A stretch of 64,000 bases of DNA from the NCBI GenBank assembly GCA_015065265.1, contig SVQQ01000007.1, forward strand, positions 475 to 64,474, written 5' to 3'. The position numbers and the translations under genes are program-made. The notes under the pieces were generated by a model. The model ran no database searches. It worked only from the letters and a program-made list of their open reading frames with translations, and was not told the DNA's origin. The stretch's first letter is position 1; every line of letters starts with the position of its first letter. Source of the DNA: Oscillospiraceae bacterium (lineage in GTDB: Bacteria > Bacillota > Clostridia > Oscillospirales > SIG627). Shown here in pieces: positions 1 through 7,868 of this stretch.

Positions 1-594
1 TGGGGTGGGGGCTTTGCAGTATTCTCTGCCGAAAAGGACTATTCTGTGGCAAAAGTCGGACTGGTCTTCCTTTGGAATAAGGCGTGAAAGTTCCTTTTCG
101 CAGGTGACAGGGTCGGCTTTTGAAATAAGTCCCGTCTTATGTGAAATTCTGATACAATGGGTATCAGGCACGATTTTAGGGTCATGGAAGACGTCACCTA
201 ACATCAAATTTGCAATTTTCATACCAACGCCCGACAAATTTGTCAGGTCTTCGTATGTACTTGGTACTTCACCGTTATGCCTTTCGATAAGTTGTTTTGA
301 CATGCTTATAATGCTTTCGGCTTTTGTACGGAAAAGTCCGCAAGGGCGGATAATTTCTTCCACGTCCTTCTGCTCGGCAGTTGCAAATGCCTTAGCATCG
401 GGGAAGCGGACAAAGAGTTTTTTCGATACTTCATTCACTCTTTTATCGGTGCACTGTGCCGAAAGACGAGCCATTACAATGAGTTTAAAGGGGTCTTCTT
501 CATATTCCAGCGCACAAAGGGCATCGGGGTACTGCTCTTTTAGAAAAAGTGAAAATAGTTTTACCCTGTCGCTCTTTTTCGTGACTTTTGCCAT
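1..594 (-). CDS. nth: Endonuclease III (Nth), C-terminus cut by window edge
   Basis: Own minus-strand translation from the ATG at 594-592 gives MAKVTKKSDRVKLF...LTNLSGVGMKIANLMLG...FGREYCKA. This shows the helix-hairpin-helix motif and the start of the C-terminal Cys cluster. It is missing from the ORF track because no stop lies in the window. The + ORF 5..691 is its antisense shadow. Confidence 0.8.
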   Translation of the reverse strand, partial: MAKVTKKSDRVKLFSLFLKEQYPDALCALEYEEDPFKLIVMARLSAQCTDKRVNEVSKKLFVRFPDAKAFATAEQKDVEEIIRPCGLFRTKAESIISMSKQLIERHNGEVPSTYEDLTNLSGVGMKIANLMLGDVFHDPKIVPDTHCIRISHKTGLISKADPVTCEKELSRLIPKEDQSDFCHRIVLFGREYCKAPTP

Positions 595-614
595 TTTGGG
601 ACAAGTGGTTTTTT

Positions 615-1424
615 TCATTGTTCTTCCTTTACAAGTTCAAGGTTGCGTTTTATTACCTCTTCACCTCGCCAGGCGTACGCTCTTTTTTTAAATTCTCCGC
701 TTTCAAGAAGTTCAAAAAGGGTGTCACTATCCAGTCGGTGTATAACTTCCTCTTTAAAAAATGGAATTTCGCTCTTTTTTGCCCCTTTATTCATAGGGCA
801 CACCTTTTGACAAACATCACAACCCCAAAGAAACTTCGAGTCTTTTATGATTATTTCTTCTTCGGGAGTGATTTTCTTCTTTTGATTTATGTTTGACAGG
901 CATTTTCCCTTATCTTTTATGCCTCCCCAAAGACACGCCTTTTCACAGGCTCCGCAGTCAAGACAAAAGTGTCCTTTGTCTTTCGTTTTAAGGCCTTGGA
1001 AGATGGGGTGGGACATCTCTTTTGAAGAAAAGATTTCGCCGATAAAGACGAAACTTCCGTATTCTTCGTTAATGAGCAGTGAATGCTTACCAATAGAGCC
1101 AAGTCCCGACTTTACCGCACATTCCACTTCGTTTATAGGGGAAGTGTCGGCTACGACTTTAAGGTCCTGTCCGAAGGCGGAAGAAAGTCTTATTGAAAAG
1201 TCTTCGATATACAGGTGATAGTCTCTTGCATAGGCGTAAAGTGAGAGGTTTGAGTGCTCTTTTTCCCCTGTAAAATAGGGGATTAAAAAGGGGACGACCG
1301 TCCTGCAAGGCTTTTCTTTAAACATCCTTGATGCCCGACGCTCGTCTGTTACAGTAACTTCATCAAAGGGCAATATGGAGTACTGGGTAATATTTTCCTT
1401 TTTAAAAAAGTCAATTAAGGTCAT
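615..1424 (-). CDS. queG: Epoxyqueuosine reductase (QueG family, short form)
   Basis: Contains GLGSIGKHSLLINEEYGSFVFIGEIF and two ferredoxin-type Cys clusters (CLDCGACEKAC, GCDVCQKVCP). Confidence 0.7.
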   Translation of the reverse strand: MTLIDFFKKENITQYSILPFDEVTVTDERRASRMFKEKPCRTVVPFLIPYFTGEKEHSNLSLYAYARDYHLYIEDFSIRLSSAFGQDLKVVADTSPINEVECAVKSGLGSIGKHSLLINEEYGSFVFIGEIFSSKEMSHPIFQGLKTKDKGHFCLDCGACEKACLWGGIKDKGKCLSNINQKKKITPEEEIIIKDSKFLWGCDVCQKVCPMNKGAKKSEIPFFKEEVIHRLDSDTLFELLESGEFKKRAYAWRGEEVIKRNLELVKEEQ

Positions 1425-1864
1425 TCTTCGCTACTTTGGTGCTTGTCGCAGTGACAGCAATTCCCGTCGCAGAATTTAGTTTTGTCGTATTCGATTCCGT
1501 TTTTGTCGTAGTAGTCCTTAACTGCCGCTTTAACCGCCTCTTCGGCAAGTACTGAGCAGTGAATTTTATGAGTGGGAAGTCCGTCAAGGGCTTCTACTAC
1601 TGCACGATTGGTAAGTTCAAGGGCGTCGTCGATGCTTTTGCCTTTAATCATTTCGGTTGCCATTGAACTTGATGCAATTGCCGAACCGCAACCGAAGGTC
1701 TTGAACTTAACGTCTGTGATGATATTATTATCAACCTTAATATAGATTTTCATTATATCTCCGCACTTTACGTTACCTACTTCACCGATACCGTCGGCGT
1801 TCTCTATTTCTCCCACGTTTCTGGGATTTTTGAAATGGTCCATTACTTTTTCGCTATATAACAT
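1421..1864 (-). CDS. iscU: Fe-S cluster scaffold protein NifU/IscU
   Basis: N-terminus YSEKVMDHFKNPRNVG...VKCGDIM...TFGCGSAIASSS is the IscU signature. It overlaps queG by 4 nt. Confidence 0.85.
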   Translation of the reverse strand: MLYSEKVMDHFKNPRNVGEIENADGIGEVGNVKCGDIMKIYIKVDNNIITDVKFKTFGCGSAIASSSMATEMIKGKSIDDALELTNRAVVEALDGLPTHKIHCSVLAEEAVKAAVKDYYDKNGIEYDKTKFCDGNCCHCDKHQSSEE

Positions 1865-1876
1865 TTTTCTTTCTCC

Positions 1877-3064
1877 TTAAAGTATAAATTCCCTTTTTCC
1901 TGTTGTGAGTTCTTCCCATACGGGTGAAATCTCTCTCAAATACGCTACCACTTCGGCAACGGATTTTATAATATAGTCAATTTCTTCCTCGGTGTTTTCC
2001 TCGGTTATTGTAAGTCTGAGCGAACCGTGGGCAACGTCGTGGGGAAGTCCTATTGACAAAAGCACGTGGCTTGGGTCAAGTGAGCCTGAGGTACAAGCAG
2101 AGCCTGAAGAGGCTTCAATTCCTTTTTCGTCAAGGAGTAAAAGCAAACTTTCCCCCTCAATTCCTTCAAAACATACGTTTACGTTACCTGGGAGTCTCTT
2201 TTTTAGGTCTCCATTGATTTTAGAGTGAGGAATTTGTGAAAGTCCGTCTATAAGTTTCTGTCTTAAAGGAAGAAGAATTTCGGCGTTTTTATCTATATTT
2301 TCTACAGCCTCACTCATCGCGGCACACATTCCCCAAACGCCTGCAAGGTTTTCGGTTCCTGCTCTTTTATTTCTTTCCTGTGCACCACCTTCAATGAGAG
2401 AAGAAAGTATCACACCTCGTCTGCAATAGAGAAATCCCACTCCCTTAGGGCCATGGAATTTGTGTGCGGAAACCGAGAGCATATCAACTTGAAGTTCGTT
2501 TACGTCAATTTTCAGGTGTCCTGCCGCCTGAACAGCGTCTGTGTGGAAAACTACTCCTTTTTCTCGGCATATTTTTCCAATTTCGCCGATAGGCTGAATG
2601 GTTCCTATCTCGTTATTGGCGAACATTACTGTAACAAGGGCGGTGTCCTCTCTGATTGCCTTTGCCACGTCCTCGGCTTTTACAATTCCGTCTTCATTTA
2701 CGTCAACAAGCGTTATTTCAAAGCCCTGTCTTTCAAGTTTTTTCAGGGTATGGAGTACCGCGTGGTGCTCGAATTTTGTGGATACAATGTGCTTTTTATT
2801 CTTTTTAAGTCCGTTTTTGGCTGCCGAAAGGATTGCCTGATTGTCGGCTTCGCTTCCTCCTGAAGTGAAATAAATTTCTCTTGCCTCGGCACCGATAAGA
2901 CTTGCAATTTTATTTCTCGCAAGACTTAGTTCTTCTGCCGCTATCTGACCTGTTGTGTTAAGAGATGAGGGGTTTCCGTAAATTTTATCAAAATATGGGA
3001 GCATAGCGTCAATGGCGGTTTTGCTCATCTTTGTGGTTGCGGCGTTATCTGCATATATTCTCAT
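1877..3064 (-). CDS. nifS: Cysteine desulfurase NifS/IscS
   Basis: 395 aa class V aminotransferase with SAHKFHGPKG (PLP lysine) and SSGSACTS (active-site Cys). Confidence 0.9.
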   Translation of the reverse strand: MRIYADNAATTKMSKTAIDAMLPYFDKIYGNPSSLNTTGQIAAEELSLARNKIASLIGAEAREIYFTSGGSEADNQAILSAAKNGLKKNKKHIVSTKFEHHAVLHTLKKLERQGFEITLVDVNEDGIVKAEDVAKAIREDTALVTVMFANNEIGTIQPIGEIGKICREKGVVFHTDAVQAAGHLKIDVNELQVDMLSVSAHKFHGPKGVGFLYCRRGVILSSLIEGGAQERNKRAGTENLAGVWGMCAAMSEAVENIDKNAEILLPLRQKLIDGLSQIPHSKINGDLKKRLPGNVNVCFEGIEGESLLLLLDEKGIEASSGSACTSGSLDPSHVLLSIGLPHDVAHGSLRLTITEENTEEEIDYIIKSVAEVVAYLREISPVWEELTTGKREFIL

Positions 3065-3497
3065 TTATCTGTCCTTCTTTTGATATAGATTTTTCTTGAT
3101 TTACCACGTCTTCAAGGGTGGTTGAATCGATGTAGTCGTTTATGGTCTTGTTAAGTCCTTCCCAGAAAAAGAGGGTTGGGCAACAGTTACTGCTCTTGCA
3201 TCTGTTAGGGGAGTCCTCAACACAAGAAATAGGCGCCATTGAGCCTTCTGTCGCTCTTAAAATTTCGCCTACCGTGTATTCGCTTGGCGCTTTTGACAGT
3301 TTATAGCCTCCACTTTTTCCACGTGTGCTCTTTATCAGTTTTGAGCCAAGGAGCATTGTGATTATCTGTTCAAGATATTTTGCCGACACGTTTTGTCTTG
3401 TGGCTATTCCCTTTAAAGATACGTATTCTTCGCTATCCGATAGGGCGAGGTCAAGCATTATTTTAAGGGCGTATCTCCCTCTTGTCGAAATCTTCAT
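3045..3497 (-). CDS. Rrf2-family transcriptional regulator (IscR/CymR type)
   Basis: Begins MKISTRGRYALKIMLDLA with a winged-helix N-terminus and a C-terminal Cys cluster (CVEDSPNRCKSSNCC). It is the first gene of the nifS-nifU operon. Confidence 0.85.
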   Translation of the reverse strand: MKISTRGRYALKIMLDLALSDSEEYVSLKGIATRQNVSAKYLEQIITMLLGSKLIKSTRGKSGGYKLSKAPSEYTVGEILRATEGSMAPISCVEDSPNRCKSSNCCPTLFFWEGLNKTINDYIDSTTLEDVVNQEKSISKEGQINENICR

Positions 3498-3504
3498 CTG
3501 TTAT

Positions 3505-4151
3505 CCTTTCTTCGTCTCTTTATGTGCATTTTTGGTTAAAATACAGAAATGAAAAGATTATTAGAATTTTAATAAAACAAAATCATATACAAAAATTGAA
3601 TTTTTTATAGTTTTCTTTATATACAGTTTTCTGCGGAAAGAAATTCAAAGAATTTCTTGCAATTTTATCCAATTTCATTTCTTCGCGTGTTGCTCGGACT
3701 GCTGTACCCTTGTACAGCGACGCCGTCGCACTCCGCGATTTTTCCTCAAAAATGCTCTACTTTTTTGGGCTGTGGGCTGAGATTTAAAGATTAAAAATTT
3801 TATTTTCCCTCAAAGATACTCTCTCACTCTTTTCGGGTTGTGGGCTAATGTCTTTACAATGGATAGCAGAAGACGCGAGTACTAGCAAAAATCGTCTTTA
3901 ATCCTTGTATATAGGCTAATTTCAAATAAATTTATTGAAGATTTGCAAAGCAAATCAACCTTAATTCTGCATTTTGCATTTTGCATTCTGCATTTATAAT
4001 AATTGAAGATTTGCGAAGCAAATCAACCTTAATTTTACATTTGAGCGGGGGATTTTTGTGGTGTAGCGTTTAGCGGAACCTACAAAAATTCAAGCCATAC
4101 AGGGAGCGTAGCCAAGCATTTTGCGAGGCTAAAGCGAGTCGTACGGCATTT
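3505..4151 (+). repeat. Repeat locus A: m1 variant, m3, m4, two m5, m6, two half copies of the palindromic element, m7
   Basis: Direct matches to other loci. Region 3505-3732 resembles 49383-49610 and 4038-4151 resembles 49607-49721. Hairpins lie at 3638-3658 (AAGAAATTC/GAATTTCTT) and 3701-3718 (GCTGTAC/GTACAGC). m6 (3853-3919) resembles 34031-34098 inverted. Confidence 0.9.
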
Positions 4152-4172
4152 ACTGTTTCGTGCAACACATAT

Positions 4173-4201
4173 AATATACCATAGGTTTACTATGAATTCA
4201 A
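4173..4201 (-). promoter_or_regulatory. Candidate sigma-A promoter of the Rrf2-nifS-nifU operon
   Basis: The minus strand reads TTGAAT, a 17-nt spacer, then TGgTATATT (extended -10). Module m7 starts about 20 nt downstream. Confidence 0.4.
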
Positions 4202-4229
4202 TAGTGTTTTAATATATTTTGCAAAAAAA

Positions 4230-4258
4230 TTGACTTTTATTAAATGTTTTGATACAAT
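4230..4258 (+). promoter_or_regulatory. Candidate sigma-A promoter for the 4299 gene
   Basis: TTGACT (4230-4235), a 17-nt spacer, then TACAAT (4253-4258). The ORF-track start codon at 4230 is actually the -35 hexamer. Confidence 0.5.
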
Positions 4259-4298
4259 AATTTCAACGAAATTGACTTCTGTTTTGAAAGGACAAGGT

Positions 4299-4880
4299 AT
4301 GAATATAAATATTCCCGAAAATTACCGTGAAGAATTTGACCGTGCGGTAGATTTTGCCTTAGATAAGGAATACTTTACGCCAAAGGAACTTGCAGAATAT
4401 CTTGAAAAAAGTGTTCTGGTTGCCTCTATTATGATAGCCTATATGGAAAAGGCGTCCCTTATCACCGAGGGCAAAAACGACGAGGTGAGGCACACCCTTA
4501 TAACAAAGGGTAATTGGCAGTCAATCGGTGGGAAAATCGAGAACTTCACACCACCCCCAAAGGAAGAAAAGAAGACCTTTACCCCTGTTATTTTAGACAA
4601 GACGGCGGTGGATTTATCAGATATTTTTGAAGAAGCCTTTATTTTTGGAAAAATAGAGGTGTCTTATCTGAATCCAAACCTTTTCTTTTCAGGTGAAGAA
4701 GTGTGTCCCGATGAAATACAAAGTGTTTTAGTGGAAAAAGGCGGACTTTTCAAAAAAGGGCAACTGATTTTCACTCTTCTTTGCGGTGACGAAAAGAAAA
4801 TACCTTTAAAGAAGAAGGAATTTGACAAGGCCTTAAGGCTCAAAGTATTACTTGACGAAAAACTGGGACTCCAATATTGA
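4299..4880 (+). CDS. Hypothetical protein (weak resemblance of the N-terminal region to an FtsK-gamma-like winged helix)
   Basis: ATG at 4299 is preceded by GAAAGGACAAGGT. The ORF-track N-terminal extension overlaps the promoter. I recognise no confident domain. Confidence 0.5.
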   Translation: MNINIPENYREEFDRAVDFALDKEYFTPKELAEYLEKSVLVASIMIAYMEKASLITEGKNDEVRHTLITKGNWQSIGGKIENFTPPPKEEKKTFTPVILDKTAVDLSDIFEEAFIFGKIEVSYLNPNLFFSGEEVCPDEIQSVLVEKGGLFKKGQLIFTLLCGDEKKIPLKKKEFDKALRLKVLLDEKLGLQY

Positions 4881-4958
4881 CAAAATTGTGAATAAACTGT
4901 ATAATAGGACTGAATATATTTAGATGAACGTTTAGCGTTTATCTGAAAGGAGAAATAT

Positions 4959-5333
4959 ATGGCATTTTTTGAAGATTTTGGCAAAAAGTTATCTCAGGCA
5001 GGTCACAGTGCCATGCAGAAGGGCAAGGAACTTGCAGATATTACCAAACTTAACATTTCTGTTTCAGACGAAGAAAGAAAACTTGACGAGATTTACAAGA
5101 AAATCGGCAAACTTTTCGTTGAAAAGGTAGGAGACAGAAGTGAGGGCGACTTTCTTCCTCTTGTGACCGAAGTAAAAGAGGGTCAGAAGAAGATAGAAGA
5201 ACTCAAACAGCAGATAAAGGACATTAAGGGAATTGCAATTTGCCCTAAATGTAATGCTGAACTTCCCGCAGATGCAATTTTCTGCAACGTTTGTGGCGAA
5301 AAACTTCCCGAAAAACAAGAACAAGAACAGTAA
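4959..5333 (+). CDS. Zinc-ribbon domain protein
   Basis: C-terminal CPKCNAELPADAIFCNVCGEKL (CxxC-N10-CxxC). RBS is AAAGGAGA. Confidence 0.6.
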   Translation: MAFFEDFGKKLSQAGHSAMQKGKELADITKLNISVSDEERKLDEIYKKIGKLFVEKVGDRSEGDFLPLVTEVKEGQKKIEELKQQIKDIKGIAICPKCNAELPADAIFCNVCGEKLPEKQEQEQ

Positions 5334-5348
5334 TTAAGGAGACTTTTT

Positions 5349-5771
5349 ATGAAAACTAAACTTGGAATTTCAATCGGCGCTATGGCAGTTATCGTTTATC
5401 TGACAGCACTTTTCGGCGGATACATACCTCTTTTCCTTTTAGCAGGTTACGTTTTACTTGTTGAAGGCGACGAGTGGCTCAAGAGAATGAGCGTAAAGGC
5501 AGTTGTACTTGCTCTTACCGCTTCAACTCTTTATTGGCTCGTTGCTCTTATCCCCGACGTTATCGGTTTGATTAACGACCTTATCGTTATTTTCGACGGC
5601 AAGACAATTTACCTCGAATTCCTAAGCGAACTTGTAAACTTAATCCTTGCAGTTATTTCATTTGCTGAAACCGTCCTCTTCCTTCTTCTTTCGTTCAAGG
5701 CTTTGAAGAAATCTACTCTTTACATTCCCCTTGTTGACCCCATTGTAAACAAATTTTTGTCAGACAAATAA
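5349..5771 (+). CDS. Small integral membrane protein, unknown function
   Basis: Has 3-4 hydrophobic helices and the RBS TAAGGAGA. It lies 15 nt after the previous gene. Confidence 0.55.
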   Translation: MKTKLGISIGAMAVIVYLTALFGGYIPLFLLAGYVLLVEGDEWLKRMSVKAVVLALTASTLYWLVALIPDVIGLINDLIVIFDGKTIYLEFLSELVNLILAVISFAETVLFLLLSFKALKKSTLYIPLVDPIVNKFLSDK

Positions 5772-5790
5772 TTTTTAAGGAGAAAACACA

Positions 5791-5910
5791 ATCTTTTGTA
5801 CAAATTGTGGAAACAAAGTAGCAGACGATGCACTTTTCTGCACTTCTTGCGGTGAAAAACTTGCAAAAACAATGAACCTCATAAACAGAAGTTACAATTA
5901 TTACGGTTAA
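5791..5910 (+). CDS. 39-codon zinc-ribbon mini-ORF with an apparent ATC start
   Basis: AAGGAG at 5777-5782 lies 8 nt before ATC at 5791. The frame opens after TAA at 5776-5778 and has no ATG, GTG or TTG before the motif. It encodes IFCTNCGNKVADDALFCTSCGEKLAKTMNLINRSYNYYG, a paralog of the C-terminus of the 4959 protein. Confidence 0.35.
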   Translation: MFCTNCGNKVADDALFCTSCGEKLAKTMNLINRSYNYYG

Positions 5911-5914
5911 TTTT

Positions 5915-5950
5915 TTAAGAGGCTGACCGAAAAAAAGGTGAGCCTCTTAA
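5915..5950 (+). terminator. Hairpin after the zinc-ribbon cluster
   Basis: TTAAGAGGCT(G)ACC-GAAAAAAA-GGT(G)AGCCTCTTAA. The T tract is poor, so terminator function is uncertain. Confidence 0.35.
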
Positions 5951-5974
5951 GTTTAATAAGAAAGGTTAAAAACT

Positions 5975-7558
5975 ATGAACTCTTCAACAATACAGATACT
6001 TGTTGCCATGGTAATCTATATGGCAGCGGTAATCGGAATAGGTATTGCCTTTGCAAAGAGAGCAAATGCCAACTCCGAAAACTACTTCCTTGGCGGTAGA
6101 ACCCTTGGCCCTTGGGTTACTGCCATGAGTGCGGAAGCCTCCGATATGAGCGGTTGGCTCCTTATGGGTCTTCCCGGTGTCGCTTACTGGTGCGGACTTG
6201 CAGATGCTGCTTGGACCGCTATCGGTCTTGCGGTAGGTACATATTTCAACTGGTTGATTGTGTCAAAAAGACTTCGCCGTTACAGTGTCAGAGCCAACAA
6301 CTCTATTACACTTCCCGAATTCTTCTCTAACAGATTCAGAGAGAAAAAAGGCGTTGTAATGACGATTTCCGCCCTTTTCATTCTTGTTTTCTTTACCGTT
6401 TATGCGGCAAGTTGCTTTGTTACTTGCGGAAAACTCTTTTCCACGCTTTTCAATACGGATTACACCGATATGATGCTACTGGGTGCGGTATTCGTTCTCA
6501 TTTACACCTTACTTGGCGGATTCCTTGCAGAAAGTGCCTCTGACTTTATGCAGAGCATCGTTATGATTGTTGCTCTTTCTGTTGTGGTAATCGTAGGTAC
6601 TGTTAATGCAGGGGGTATTAGTGAAGTATTTGCCAATGCAAACAAAATCCCCGGCTTCCTTGAATTTTTCGGACTTGCAAATCCCGATGTTACCGACGGT
6701 GTGCAAAACGTAGTTAACGGTGCACCTGTTTTTAATGAAGCAAAGGAATACGGAGTTCTCACTATCGCATCTATGATGGCGTGGGGTCTTGGCTACTTCG
6801 GTATGCCTCAGGTACTTCTTCGCTTTATGGCAATAAGACGTGAAGACGAACTTAAACGTTCAAGAAGAATCGCTATGATCTGGGTTGTAATTTCTCTTGC
6901 AGTTGCAGTATTTATCGGTATTATCGGCAGAGTTATTGCAATAAACAATCCCGAACTTCTCAAAGGTGACGTTCTTCTTACAAAGGCAAGTGCCGAAAAC
7001 ATATTCATTCAACTTTCCACAAGTTTCTTGCCCCCCATTCTTGCAGGTTTCGTTATGGCGGGAATTCTTGCGGCGACAATTTCTTCTTCCGACTCATATC
7101 TTCTTATCGCAGCCTCTGCAGTTGCTAAAAACATCTATCAGGGCGTTGCAAAGAAGAAAGCCACAGACAAGCAGGTTATGATAGTTTCAAGAATAACACT
7201 TCTCGTTATTGCGGCAATCGCAGTAGTATTTGCCCTTGACGAAAACAGTGTAATTTTCTCCATCGTATCTTTTGCTTGGGCAGGTTTCGGTGCTACCTTC
7301 GGTCCTCTGATGCTGTTCTCGCTGTTCTGGAAGAGAACTACAAAGGCGGGTGCTATTGCAGGTATGGTAGGCGGCGCAGGTATGGTATTCCTGTGGAATC
7401 TGGTTATTTCAAAACTTGGTGGCGTTTTCGCTATCTACGAACTCCTCCCCGCCTTCATCTTCTCCTCTTTGTGTATCGTTGTAGTTTCACTCCTTACACC
7501 AAAGCCCAGTAAAGAAATCCTCGAAGACTTTGAGGCGGTTAAGAACAACACCCTGTAA
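5975..7558 (+). CDS. putP: Sodium/proline symporter (SSF family)
   Basis: 527 aa. YFLGGRTLGPWVTAMSAEASDMSGWLLMGLPG is typical of PutP, and the protein has about 13 TM helices. Confidence 0.85.
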   Translation: MNSSTIQILVAMVIYMAAVIGIGIAFAKRANANSENYFLGGRTLGPWVTAMSAEASDMSGWLLMGLPGVAYWCGLADAAWTAIGLAVGTYFNWLIVSKRLRRYSVRANNSITLPEFFSNRFREKKGVVMTISALFILVFFTVYAASCFVTCGKLFSTLFNTDYTDMMLLGAVFVLIYTLLGGFLAESASDFMQSIVMIVALSVVVIVGTVNAGGISEVFANANKIPGFLEFFGLANPDVTDGVQNVVNGAPVFNEAKEYGVLTIASMMAWGLGYFGMPQVLLRFMAIRREDELKRSRRIAMIWVVISLAVAVFIGIIGRVIAINNPELLKGDVLLTKASAENIFIQLSTSFLPPILAGFVMAGILAATISSSDSYLLIAASAVAKNIYQGVAKKKATDKQVMIVSRITLLVIAAIAVVFALDENSVIFSIVSFAWAGFGATFGPLMLFSLFWKRTTKAGAIAGMVGGAGMVFLWNLVISKLGGVFAIYELLPAFIFSSLCIVVVSLLTPKPSKEILEDFEAVKNNTL

Positions 7559-7574
7559 AAAGTAAAACTAAAAC

Positions 7575-7607
7575 AAAAAGAGTTCCAAAAATTTGGAACT
7601 CTTTTTT
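7575..7607. terminator. Bidirectional intrinsic terminator
   Basis: Perfect 15-bp arms AAAAAGAGTTCCAAA / TTTGGAACTCTTTTT, flanked by A and T runs. It serves putP (+) and the uxaC/small-ORF transcript (-). Confidence 0.8.
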
Positions 7608-7685
7608 CTTGCCTAAAATACGTAAAACCGTCGTTTTAGTTTTGAGTTTTATTAAAACATGGAGTCGCCGAATAAAACTCAAATT

Positions 7686-7832
7686 TTACCAGACGCTTTT
7701 CTCATTTATGGGAATGGTGGGGAGTTCTATAACTCCATCACCGCCACCGCTACTTGTGGTGATTATGTCTTCGACTTCTAAATATACGGTTTCCAGCGTT
7801 GGAGTCGTGTAAACTTCTTTTTCTTTATTCAT
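7686..7832 (-). CDS. 48-aa acidic small protein (below the ORF-track length cut-off)
   Basis: Own translation gives MNKEKEVYTTPTLETVYLEVEDIITTSSGGGDGVIELPTIPINEKSVW. GAAGGAGGA lies 6 nt before the ATG, and the ORF starts 36 nt after the uxaC stop. The + ORF 7609..7812 is antisense to it. Confidence 0.45.
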   Translation of the reverse strand: MNKEKEVYTTPTLETVYLEVEDIITTSSGGGDGVIELPTIPINEKSVW

Positions 7833-7868
7833 TTTTTCCTCCTTCTGTTGCCGTAAAAACTTTGCTAT

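Noticed and set aside
5-691. 228-aa + strand ORF at the window start
   Set aside because: It is low-complexity with no RBS, and it is exactly antisense to a clear endonuclease III reading frame (1-594, minus).
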